DNA from: Gemmatimonadota bacterium
GTDB taxonomy: Bacteria; Latescibacterota; UBA2968; UBA8231
Assembly (NCBI GenBank): GCA_038119905.1
Contig: JAYOKQ010000009.1
Span: 361 to 64,360 of the forward strand
Length of the DNA stretch: 64,000 nt
Reading direction: 5' to 3'
The notes below the pieces were generated by a model. The model was not told where the DNA came from and made no database searches. It saw only the letters and a list, made by a program, of their open reading frames with translations. This document shows, piece after piece, positions 9,018-17,529 of the stretch; position 1 is the first letter of the stretch; each line of letters opens with the position of its first letter. A program made the position numbers and the translations under genes.

Positions 9018-10094
9018 GTGAGAGCGCTTGGCTGGGGCAGCGTGCTGTCCGCGCTGTGCATCGCGCTGAGCAGCTGTAGTGGCGGCCTCTTCTACGGCGG
9101 GCAGGCACGCGTGGGTAGTCTGCCCCCTCCGCCGCTGTCGCTGATCTGGCAGCAGCGTTTGGACGCACCGCCGCAGGGGAATGCACTGGACGCGAACCCA
9201 CTGCTCTTGCAGATGAGTACCTCTGCTGCGCTCTATGCCTATGACCTGTGGAGCGGCGAACGACTGGGCAAGCGGAGATTCGACGACGGTATCTGTGGGA
9301 AGCCGGTGGGTGCGGACGATCTGCTGCTGTTTGGCACGCGGGGCAAAAAGCCTGCGCTAGTGGCCTGGGACCGACGTGAAGAGGAGACGCGATGGCACAT
9401 AGCGGGCGTGTTCTGCTTGCCCTCTGTTGCTCGGCGCGATACGCTCTTTGTAGTGAGTGAACTCGGTGCTCTGCGCGCGTTGGATATGAAAGATGGCGCC
9501 CCCCTTTGGGAAAGGGCACTTGAAGGCGCCGTGCGCGTAGGGCCCAGCGTGGAGGACGGGCGGCTCTTTATCGGCGACGGTGCGGGGCGCGTGTTGGCTC
9601 TACGTGTGGGCGATGGAAGCCAGGCTTGGCGCGATAGCTTGGACGGTGCCGTGCGCACGCGACCGTTGGTGGGCGATGGACACCTCTGGGTTGGCACGGC
9701 CAGCGGAGAAATTGCCTCGCTGAACGCGGCAACGGGTCAAGTGCAGTGGCGCACGCGGATCGGCGGCCTGCCGACACCGGCCTTGGCCCGACAGCGCGGC
9801 GTGCTAGCGGTTGGTTCGGTAGATCGAATGGTCTACGGCTTAGACGAAGACAGCGGGACGCTGCGCTGGACGTTTGCTACGGAGGGCGTGGTCCGGGCGA
9901 GTCCAGCCGGTCACGGTGGCGTGTTCTATATCGCCTCTAGCGACGGTCATCTGTATGCACTCGACGCTCGGCAGGGCCAGCTGCTGTGGAAGTTTCGCCT
10001 CGACGGGCCCGTATGGGAGGATATCGCTTTAGTGGGAGAGACGCTCGTCGTTGCAACGGAAAAAAAGACGCTCTACGTCTTCGGGCGGAGATAA
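9018..10094 (+). CDS. BamB-like PQQ-repeat beta-propeller lipoprotein
   Basis: GTG 9018 lies one nt after the upstream stop. Lipoprotein signal ...CIALSSCSGG. Repeated propeller motifs: LYAYDLWSG, LRALDMKDGAPLW, VLALRVGDGSQAW, IASLNAATGQVQW, VYGLDEDSGTLRW, LYALDARQGQLLW. Confidence 0.75.
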   Translation: MRALGWGSVLSALCIALSSCSGGLFYGGQARVGSLPPPPLSLIWQQRLDAPPQGNALDANPLLLQMSTSAALYAYDLWSGERLGKRRFDDGICGKPVGADDLLLFGTRGKKPALVAWDRREEETRWHIAGVFCLPSVARRDTLFVVSELGALRALDMKDGAPLWERALEGAVRVGPSVEDGRLFIGDGAGRVLALRVGDGSQAWRDSLDGAVRTRPLVGDGHLWVGTASGEIASLNAATGQVQWRTRIGGLPTPALARQRGVLAVGSVDRMVYGLDEDSGTLRWTFATEGVVRASPAGHGGVFYIASSDGHLYALDARQGQLLWKFRLDGPVWEDIALVGETLVVATEKKTLYVFGRR

Positions 10095-10119
10095 GGCATG
10101 GTACGACCAGGAAAGATCT

Positions 10120-10563
10120 ATGAATAAAAGATCGCTGTTGATGCTGCTGGTCTGCGCGTTGGTCGGTCTGCAGGTCGCCGTCCCAGTTCGTGTAGTAGCC
10201 TATGAACTAGCGCCGCGCTTTGCTGCCTGTTGCACGACGGCAATAGAGGCCGCTCCTACACCGGTGCGAATGCAGCTGCTTCCAACGGTTGGACAGGCGA
10301 CTGCTGAAGAGTCCGACAAGCCGTTGGTTCGGCGTCCTCTGCTGATGAGTGCGGTTTGGACCGTGGGAATGGGTGCGCTGGCCTATTGGAGCCGCGACCG
10401 GGCAGATCGCGCATACGATGCCTATATGCATTCGGCCAACGCACAGCGACAGCAGCGTCATTTCGATCGAGCCGAGCGCTATGACCGAGTCGCCGGCGCG
10501 GCCCTTTTCGGCATGGAAGTCGGCGTAGTGCTCACCTCATACCTAGCCTTTTTTCGCCGATGA
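10120..10563 (+). CDS. Small hypothetical membrane/secreted protein
   Basis: ATG 10120 is preceded by GGAAAG. Signal-like N-terminus MNKRSLLMLLVCALVGLQVA and two C-terminal hydrophobic segments. No family recognised. Confidence 0.5.
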   Translation: MNKRSLLMLLVCALVGLQVAVPVRVVAYELAPRFAACCTTAIEAAPTPVRMQLLPTVGQATAEESDKPLVRRPLLMSAVWTVGMGALAYWSRDRADRAYDAYMHSANAQRQQRHFDRAERYDRVAGAALFGMEVGVVLTSYLAFFRR

Positions 10564-11804
10564 TGCGCATGGGGATAATCGCCCTGTGGCTGGCGCTGGG
10601 CCTGTCGGGTTGCAGCGATCGCCAGCGGCTCAATCCGCTCGATCCGCAGTCTTCCGCTGATGGGAACGGGCTTGGCAACCTCGAAGTTATGGCTGGGAAT
10701 GGTCGAGTCGATCTAAGCTGGGACTACAGCCAGTTTACGGATGTCGAAGGATATCAGCTCTATCGCCGCGAGGGGGATGGGGCATTTGCCCTACTAACCG
10801 ACGGGCCCCTGCCGCCTGAGCAGTCGCAGTACGTGGACCGTGAGGTCTCCAACGATACGGTCTACGAATACCGCATGGGCCTGCTAGTCAAGGGCGAGGG
10901 CGAGCGCAGCGTGGGCGCGATCGGACGCGCTACCCCAGGACCTGGGGCAATGTGGGTAGCCGATCGCAGCAGCGGGCTGGTGTGGAAGGTCAATCCCGAC
11001 GCGCGCAGTGCGCGCTTTGGCCGCGGTCGCTTTTTCGATCTGCGCGATATTGCCGTCGATGCCAGCGATGGTGCCTGTTGGGTGAGTGATGGATCTTCAA
11101 ATGGACTCTATCGAATTGATGCCCAAGGCGAATTAATCCAGGTAAAGGCTGCGCTGGGACAGCCTGGACCGCTGGTGATTGATGCAGATGCCGGCATTGG
11201 CTGGGTGGCCGACGTGGAGCGCAGTGAGGTTTTTTGGTTTTCTGCTGACAGCAGAGATTCGCTCGAGTTTTTCGTCGTCGATGCAAGCCTGGCCGAACCG
11301 AGTGCACTGGCGGCGGTTGCCGGGGCGTGCTGGGTGGTTGATCGCCTGCAGGAGCGAGCGTTTCTCTATTCGTCTCGCGGTCAGCGCTTGGTTGAGTTTC
11401 GCGATCTAGTCAATCCAGGCGAGATCGATGTCGATGCCGATGGAACGGCCTGGGTGCTGGTGCGCGGCGGCCGCTCCATGGCCCGTCTGGGCCTGGACGG
11501 AGAGGCCCTCGAAGTCGAATTGCCCTTTGGGGATGGGCTTTCCCTATCGGTCAATCGCCGCGATGGCAGCGTCTGGGTTTTGGGTGAACGCGCCATGGCC
11601 CACTACGAACGGACGGGAGCTCTGATCGCTCAGTGGGCTGACGTGCCCGTTGGCCGGGCGATCGCCGTCGATGCTGAGCGGGGCCGTCCGTGGATCGCCA
11701 CGGTGTCGACGCTGTGGAAGTTTACCCCAGCTGGGGAGACGCTGGCGCGCTTGGAGGGATTTGCGGGCATGACGCGTCTGGCCTTTGATGCGGGCATGCG
11801 CTAG
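10560..11804 (+). CDS. Lipoprotein with FN3-like domain and beta-propeller (NHL/SMP-30-like) repeats
   Basis: ATGA overlap with the upstream stop. Lipobox LGLSGC. FN3-like segment (LEVMAGNGRVDLSWDY...VYEYRM), then repeated G..WV.D blades. Confidence 0.65.
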   Translation: MMRMGIIALWLALGLSGCSDRQRLNPLDPQSSADGNGLGNLEVMAGNGRVDLSWDYSQFTDVEGYQLYRREGDGAFALLTDGPLPPEQSQYVDREVSNDTVYEYRMGLLVKGEGERSVGAIGRATPGPGAMWVADRSSGLVWKVNPDARSARFGRGRFFDLRDIAVDASDGACWVSDGSSNGLYRIDAQGELIQVKAALGQPGPLVIDADAGIGWVADVERSEVFWFSADSRDSLEFFVVDASLAEPSALAAVAGACWVVDRLQERAFLYSSRGQRLVEFRDLVNPGEIDVDADGTAWVLVRGGRSMARLGLDGEALEVELPFGDGLSLSVNRRDGSVWVLGERAMAHYERTGALIAQWADVPVGRAIAVDAERGRPWIATVSTLWKFTPAGETLARLEGFAGMTRLAFDAGMR

Positions 11805-11869
11805 CGCATACCGAGCCAGTGCGCAGGCGTCTTTACGACGATGCGCTTACAGAGAGGATAGGTTCCGAA

Positions 11870-12748
11870 ATGATTACGAGTATGACCGGATTTGGTCGCG
11901 GCCGTGCCGAGGGTGTGGGTGGAAGCATAGGCGTTGAACTGCGCTCGGTAAACAGTCGATTTCTGGACATTCAAGTCCGCACTCCGCACGCCCTTCAGTC
12001 CCTAGAGCCGGCCGTGCGCGAGCAGGTGCAAAAAGCGGTGGGTCGAGGTAAAATTAGCGTGCATATCTCGTGGGAAGAGGGCGAGCGCAGCGGGCCGTTA
12101 CCTCAGCTCGACGAAGGCGTTGCCGCTCGCTATATAGAGGAGGGCCAGCGCTTGGCGGCGATGGAAGGTGTGGCGGGGACAGTTGAGTGGTCAGCGCTGG
12201 TGCGACTGCCCGGTGTATTTCGCAGTGCGGCCGTATCCGACGACAGCGAGGAGAGCGAGGCGCTGCTAAAGGCTGCATTGACCGCCGCCTTGGATGAGTT
12301 TATTGCCATGCGGCAAAGCGAGGGGACTGCGCTGGCGGCGGATTTGCGGGAGCGCATTGAGCGCATTGAGGCGCTGTTAAAACAGGTTGACGAGCACGTG
12401 CCGCAGGCACGTCAGCAGATGTTAACGCGCCTGCGCGAGCGCATCGAAGAGCTGATCAGACCTGGCGAAGTGGACGAGGGAAGGTTGGCGATGGAAGTGG
12501 CAATGATGGCCGAGCGGAGCGACATCACGGAGGAAATCGTGCGCTTCCGGAGTCATAATGATCAGTTTTTGGAAGCTCTCGAAAAGGGGGGAGAAGTCGG
12601 TCGGCGCTTTAATTTTCTCCTGCAGGAAATGAACCGCGAGGCCAATACCATCTCTTCCAAAGCATCTAATACGCCCATTGTGCACGCGGCCTTGGAGATC
12701 AAAGAAGAAGTTGAGCGACTGCGCGAACAGGTGCAAAACCTTGCCTGA
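11870..12748 (+). CDS. yicC: YicC family stress-induced protein
   Basis: N-terminus MITSMTGFGRG and C-terminal LQEMNREANTISSKA are typical of the YicC family. Track ORF start 11819 is an upstream extension. Confidence 0.85.
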   Translation: MITSMTGFGRGRAEGVGGSIGVELRSVNSRFLDIQVRTPHALQSLEPAVREQVQKAVGRGKISVHISWEEGERSGPLPQLDEGVAARYIEEGQRLAAMEGVAGTVEWSALVRLPGVFRSAAVSDDSEESEALLKAALTAALDEFIAMRQSEGTALAADLRERIERIEALLKQVDEHVPQARQQMLTRLRERIEELIRPGEVDEGRLAMEVAMMAERSDITEEIVRFRSHNDQFLEALEKGGEVGRRFNFLLQEMNREANTISSKASNTPIVHAALEIKEEVERLREQVQNLA

Positions 12749-13283
12749 TACGCACCTGCAGATACTCACTGTCAGCGGTTTACCCGGTAGCGGTACCAGC
12801 ACAGCCTGCGGTCTGCTGCGCGAGCAGTTGGGTTGGAACTACGTAAATGCGGGGCAGATCTTTCGCGACCTAGCGCATCGAGCTAACGCGTCGCTGGCCG
12901 AAATGGGGCGCCGCGCAGAGAGCGATCCACAGATTGATCGCGATCTAGATGCTCGCATGGTGCAAGTTGCTCGCAGCGAACCCCCCATTATACTCGAGGG
13001 GCGTATGACCGGCTGGATGGCGCTGCGCGCCGAGCTATCGGCGCTCAAGGTGTGGTTAGATGCACCGGCTGCGCTGCGCGCCGAGCGCGTCGGCGTGCGC
13101 GATGGAGACGACCAAGCCTTGCAGCAGATGCTCGACCGACAGCATTCCGAGGCCCAGCGCTACCGAGTGCACCATGGAATCGATATCGGCGATTGCTCGA
13201 TCTACGACGCGGTGATTGATACGGCAGTGCACGATCCAGAGGCGGTAGTAGCACAGGTAATGTGCCGCTTAGAGAACCGGTGA
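12741..13283 (+). CDS. cmk: Cytidylate kinase, archaeal-type
   Basis: P-loop GLPGSGTST. EGRMTGWM, LRAERV and RYRVHHGIDIGDCSIYDAVIDT are colinear with archaeal-type CMP kinases. There is no in-frame ATG near the P-loop. TTG 12741, overlapping the yicC stop, is my best start guess; CTG 12756 is an alternative. Confidence 0.65.
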   Translation: MPDTHLQILTVSGLPGSGTSTACGLLREQLGWNYVNAGQIFRDLAHRANASLAEMGRRAESDPQIDRDLDARMVQVARSEPPIILEGRMTGWMALRAELSALKVWLDAPAALRAERVGVRDGDDQALQQMLDRQHSEAQRYRVHHGIDIGDCSIYDAVIDTAVHDPEAVVAQVMCRLENR

Positions 13284-13290
13284 TCACAGT

Positions 13291-14487
13291 ATGAAAGACC
13301 GTCGAGTTTTGCTGATCGTCAGCGGGGGGATTGCCGCCTACAAGGCGCCTCATATCGTGCGCGCCTTGGCCAAGCGAGGCGCGCAGGTGCGCGTGGTTAC
13401 TACGGCCCACGCGGCTCGTTTTGTGGCGCCGGCCACCCTCGAAGTGCTTTCGCGGCATCCCGTGCACAGCGATCTATTTGATCGCGATCCCGATTTTCCC
13501 GTCCTGCACGTAGGGTTAGCGGAATGGGCCGATCTGATTGTCGTTGCTCCGATGACGGCCCATCTGTTGGCGCGCGCGGCGCTCGGTATGGCCGACGATT
13601 TGGCCACGGCTATTTTGCTCGGAGCGCGCACTGCGATTGTCGCAGCGCCGGCGATGGAAGAAAACATGCTGCAGCACGAAGCAGTGCAAATGAACGCGGA
13701 CACCGTGCGCGCGCGAGGTTGGCACTGGATAGAGCCCGAAGTCGGCGAATTGGCTTCGGGCGCTAGTGGGGTGGGACGCATGCCTGAACCCGAAGATATT
13801 GCAATGCGCGCTGAGGCGCTGTTGCACCCGCCGGATCTGAGCGGATTGCGCGTGCTGGTGACGGCTGGACCGACGCTGGAAGACATTGATCCGGTTCGTT
13901 TTATCGGCAATCGTTCCACCGGTAAAATGGGCTTTGCACTGGCCGCGCGTGCGCATGCGCGGGGGGCACGGGTTACGCTTATTGCGGGGCCGACCCATCT
14001 TTCTACGCCGGCTGGCGTCGAGCGCATCGACGTGCGCTCGGCGCTCGACATGCAGCGTGCGGCCGAAGCGGCATTTGCCGACAGCGACGTGGCGGTGCTC
14101 GCAGCGGCCGTGGCCGACTATCGCGTTGCCGAAATAGCCGAGCACAAGATCAAGCGAGGTGGAACGGCTCCGGTGCTCGCGCTGGTTGAAAACCCGGATA
14201 TTGCCGCCGAACTAGGTGCGCGTAAGAAGGGGCAAACGCTGGTGCTGTTTGCCATGGAGACGGAACAGGGTCTCGAGCGGGCTCGAGAAAAGCTGCAGCG
14301 CAAGGGGGGCGATTTAATCGCGCTCAACAATCTGCGCGACGAGGGGGCGGGCTTTGCCGTCGATACGAACGTGCTCACCCTAATCGACGCGCAGGGCGAG
14401 GTTGTAGAACTGCCCAAGATGAGCAAGGGCGATGCGGCTGATCGGATTCTCGACTGGGTGCGCGGCGTTCGTTCAATAGATGCTTGA
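13291..14487 (+). CDS. coaBC: Bifunctional phosphopantothenoylcysteine decarboxylase / phosphopantothenate-cysteine ligase
   Basis: Flavoprotein half (GGIAAYK, VVAPMTAHLLA) plus CoaB half (GPTLEDIDPVRFIGNRSTGKMG, AAVADYR). Confidence 0.9.
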   Translation: MKDRRVLLIVSGGIAAYKAPHIVRALAKRGAQVRVVTTAHAARFVAPATLEVLSRHPVHSDLFDRDPDFPVLHVGLAEWADLIVVAPMTAHLLARAALGMADDLATAILLGARTAIVAAPAMEENMLQHEAVQMNADTVRARGWHWIEPEVGELASGASGVGRMPEPEDIAMRAEALLHPPDLSGLRVLVTAGPTLEDIDPVRFIGNRSTGKMGFALAARAHARGARVTLIAGPTHLSTPAGVERIDVRSALDMQRAAEAAFADSDVAVLAAAVADYRVAEIAEHKIKRGGTAPVLALVENPDIAAELGARKKGQTLVLFAMETEQGLERAREKLQRKGGDLIALNNLRDEGAGFAVDTNVLTLIDAQGEVVELPKMSKGDAADRILDWVRGVRSIDA

Positions 14488-15263
14488 CGGAGTGCGCTCC
14501 AGCGTGGATCTTGATTTCTATGGAAGAAGATGCTCGCACAGCGTTCTGGTCTGAAGCCCGGCGCTATATTGAAGATCTCGCTCTCTTTGAAGAGGCGCAC
14601 TTTATCGTTCCACAGGAGAGCGCTGAGTCGGTTCGTCCCCTGCCCCAAGAGCGCAGTACATCTGTTCCTGTGCCCACTAGTACGCCCTCGTCCTCGGTCG
14701 CGGAACCAGAATCCCTTGAAGCCTTTCGCCAGTCCATTTGCGACTGCACGCGCTGTGGCTTGGCCGCGACACGCACCCAATTTGTTTTTGGCAGCGGCAA
14801 TCAAAATGCGGGCATCATGTTTGTGGGGGAGGCCCCAGGCGCCGAGGAAGATCGTTCGGGACAGCCCTTTGTAGGAGCGGCCGGTCAACTGTTGACTAAA
14901 ATTATCGAAGCGATGGGCCTGTCGCGCGAATCGGTGTATATCTGCAATATCCTCAAGTGCCGTCCGCCCAACAATCGGGATCCGCAGCCCGATGAGATCG
15001 CCCAGTGTGAGCCGTATTTAAAGCGGCAAATTGAACTTGTGCGGCCGCGCGTGCTGTGTACTCTGGGACGCTTTGCTGCGCAGACGCTGCTGCGCAGCGA
15101 CCAATCGATGGGCCATCTGCGCGAGGGAACGCATCACTACGAGGGTATTCCCCTTGTGGCGACCTATCATCCCGCAGCGCTGCTGCGCAATCCCCAGTGG
15201 AAAAAGCCGACCTGGGAAGACGTTAAAAAAGTTCGTCGTTTCTTTGACGGCGTAGAATTATGA
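14484..15263 (+). CDS. Uracil-DNA glycosylase, family 4
   Basis: GEAPGAEEDRSGQPFVGAAGQLL and HPAALLR motifs, plus CDCTRC Fe-S cysteines. An N-terminal extension of about 85 aa is present. TTG 14484 overlaps the coaBC stop; ATG 14520 is an alternative start. Confidence 0.8.
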   Translation: MTECAPAWILISMEEDARTAFWSEARRYIEDLALFEEAHFIVPQESAESVRPLPQERSTSVPVPTSTPSSSVAEPESLEAFRQSICDCTRCGLAATRTQFVFGSGNQNAGIMFVGEAPGAEEDRSGQPFVGAAGQLLTKIIEAMGLSRESVYICNILKCRPPNNRDPQPDEIAQCEPYLKRQIELVRPRVLCTLGRFAAQTLLRSDQSMGHLREGTHHYEGIPLVATYHPAALLRNPQWKKPTWEDVKKVRRFFDGVEL

Positions 15264-15270
15264 GAGCGGT

Positions 15271-16743
15271 ATGAACCAAGGGCATAACGGAAACGGATCC
15301 AACGGCGGCCCGCGCGGCGGAGATGGACGCGAACGCACTGCGCAAAGTCGGCCGCGTTCAGCGTCCGGCATTGAGCGGATGCCTCCGCAGGCAGTCGAAG
15401 TGGAGCAGGCCGTTCTCGGGGCGATGATGATCGACTCGCGCGCCATCGGCCGAGCGTTTGAGATTCTCGACGAAAGCTGCTTTTATCACGCAGCACACGG
15501 GCTGATTTTTTCGGCCATGATCGGACTGTATGAGCGCAGCGAAGCCGTTGATCAGCTGACGCTGAGCGAGGAATTGAAAAAACGCGAAGAACTCACTGAA
15601 GTAGGCGGTGTGAGCTATTTAGCCAAGCTGGCCACCGAGGTTGCGACATCGGCCAATATCGACTTCCACGCGCGTATTGTCCTCGATAAAGCGCTGAGCC
15701 GCAAGCTGATCGAAACGGCGAGTGAAGTCATCGAACAGGCCTATGATGGCACCGACGAGGTGCAGCATCTAATCGACCGCACCGAAGAGCGCATCTTTAG
15801 TCTGTCGGAAAATCAGATCGGCGATGGCTTTCAATCGCTGGAAATGGTGATGGGCGAAACGCTCGAACAGATTGAGCGCGCCCACAACCGCACCAGTACA
15901 GTGTCCGGTGTCGATACGGGTTTTGCCGATTTAAACGAGAGCACGTCGGGGCTGCAGGCGGGTGACCTCATTATCTTGGCGGCCCGTCCCAGCGTTGGTA
16001 AGACGGCCTTCGCGCTGTCCATTGCGCGCAACGCTGCCCTATCGACAACGGATAACGGGCGCAGCAACGGAGTAGCTATTTTCAGCTTGGAAATGTCGAA
16101 AGCTCAGCTGGCCCAGCGCCTGCTGAGTGCTGAGACGCGCGTCGACCTGCACAAGCTGCGCACAGGGAGACTGAGAGAGGACGATTGGCTGCGTATTACC
16201 CACAGCGTGGGCCGGTTAGCTCAGGCTCCCATTTATATCGACGACACGCCGGGCATATCCGTGCTCGAAGCGCGCGCAAAAACGCGCCGGCTCAAGCGCG
16301 AGCATGGATTGGGCTTGGTGGTTGTTGACTATTTACAGCTGATGAGCTCCCACTCGCGGGTGCAGAGCCGAGAGCAGGAAATTTCAATGATCTCGCGCGG
16401 ATTAAAGGCGCTGGCCAAGGAGCTAGATGTACCGGTGCTAGCCCTTTCCCAGCTGTCGCGTGCGGTCGAAAGTCGCACCGACAAACGGCCTCAGCTATCC
16501 GATTTACGCGAGTCTGGATCGATTGAACAGGATGCCGATGTCGTCATGTTCATCTACCGGCCCGACATCTATGGGTTGAAATCCCCCGACGGAGCCAGCC
16601 TAGAAGGCATTGCCGAGATCATTATCGGCAAGCAGCGCAACGGTCCGGTAGGATCGGTACACCTGCAGTGGAATGCCGAAAGTGCCACCTATGAAACGCT
16701 GGCACCTGAGTGGCGTATGGAACCGGGAGACGAGGAATTCTAG
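15271..16743 (+). CDS. dnaB: Replicative DNA helicase DnaB
   Basis: PPQAVEVEQAVLGAMM N-terminal domain, Walker A ARPSVGKTAF, DYLQLM, SQLSR, RESGSIEQDAD. Confidence 0.95.
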   Translation: MNQGHNGNGSNGGPRGGDGRERTAQSRPRSASGIERMPPQAVEVEQAVLGAMMIDSRAIGRAFEILDESCFYHAAHGLIFSAMIGLYERSEAVDQLTLSEELKKREELTEVGGVSYLAKLATEVATSANIDFHARIVLDKALSRKLIETASEVIEQAYDGTDEVQHLIDRTEERIFSLSENQIGDGFQSLEMVMGETLEQIERAHNRTSTVSGVDTGFADLNESTSGLQAGDLIILAARPSVGKTAFALSIARNAALSTTDNGRSNGVAIFSLEMSKAQLAQRLLSAETRVDLHKLRTGRLREDDWLRITHSVGRLAQAPIYIDDTPGISVLEARAKTRRLKREHGLGLVVVDYLQLMSSHSRVQSREQEISMISRGLKALAKELDVPVLALSQLSRAVESRTDKRPQLSDLRESGSIEQDADVVMFIYRPDIYGLKSPDGASLEGIAEIIIGKQRNGPVGSVHLQWNAESATYETLAPEWRMEPGDEEF

Positions 16744-16745
16744 TC

Positions 16746-17522
16746 ATGCAGCGAACGGTGCTTATAACGGGTGCTTCTAGCGGCATCGGTCTGGAGTTGG
16801 CCCGCGAGTGTGCTCAACATGGACACGATTTGGTCCTCGTTGCGCGACGGGCTGAACGACTCGAAGAACTTGCCGCAACGCTGCGCTCCGACCACGGCGT
16901 GGAAGTGTGTGTGCTAGTATATGACCTGTCTGTGCTAAGCAACGCGCAGGCACTCTACGACGTGTTGGCCGAGCGCGGTATTCAGATAGAGTATCTGATT
17001 AACAACGCTGGCTTCGGAACATATGGACCCTTTGTTGAGAGCGATGCGATTCGCCAGCAGGAAATGATCGCGCTCAATATTGCTGCGCTGACGCAGTTGA
17101 CCCGTCTGTTTGCCGCAGATATGGTAACGCGGCGATTTGGCCGAGTGCTCAACGTGGCATCGACGGCGGCATTTCAACCCGGTCCGATGCTGGCCGTCTA
17201 CTTTGCGACCAAGGCCTATGTGCTGCATTTCTCGGAAGCAATCGACAACGAGCTCGGGGGAACCGGAGTGCGCGTTACGGCGCTGTGTCCCGGATCGACT
17301 GAATCCGAGTTTGCGCAAACGGCGCAGGCGGATCGATCCCTCATCTTCACAATGCGTCGACTCCCCACTAGCGCCGACGTAGCTCGTTTTGGCTATCGGG
17401 CGATGATCGGGAAGAAGCGCGTGGCCATTCACGGTCTGCTCAATAAATTTCTCGTGCAACTGGTGCGTGTTATGCCGCGTACCTTCGTGACGGCGGTTGC
17501 GCGCCGGATGATGGCCGACTGA
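16746..17522 (+). CDS. SDR family oxidoreductase
   Basis: TGASSGIG, NNAG and YFATKAY motifs. ATG 16746 lies 2 nt after the dnaB stop. Confidence 0.85.
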   Translation: MQRTVLITGASSGIGLELARECAQHGHDLVLVARRAERLEELAATLRSDHGVEVCVLVYDLSVLSNAQALYDVLAERGIQIEYLINNAGFGTYGPFVESDAIRQQEMIALNIAALTQLTRLFAADMVTRRFGRVLNVASTAAFQPGPMLAVYFATKAYVLHFSEAIDNELGGTGVRVTALCPGSTESEFAQTAQADRSLIFTMRRLPTSADVARFGYRAMIGKKRVAIHGLLNKFLVQLVRVMPRTFVTAVARRMMAD

Positions 17523-17529
17523 GGAAAAG

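Noticed and set aside
13648-13758. CoaC half of CoaBC deviates from the E. coli PXMNXXMW motif (PAMEENML) and has Ser156 where E. coli Dfp has Cys158
   Set aside because: As far as I recall, functional actinobacterial CoaBC enzymes also differ at both positions (His and Thr). This is therefore probably normal family variation, unlike the DapF case.
13350-14888. Long antisense ORFs (13350..14051, 13516..14145, 14118..14888) opposite coaBC and the UDG gene
   Set aside because: The sense genes have unambiguous motifs. The antisense products are low-complexity Arg/Ala/Ser-rich sequences and there is no independent signal for them.
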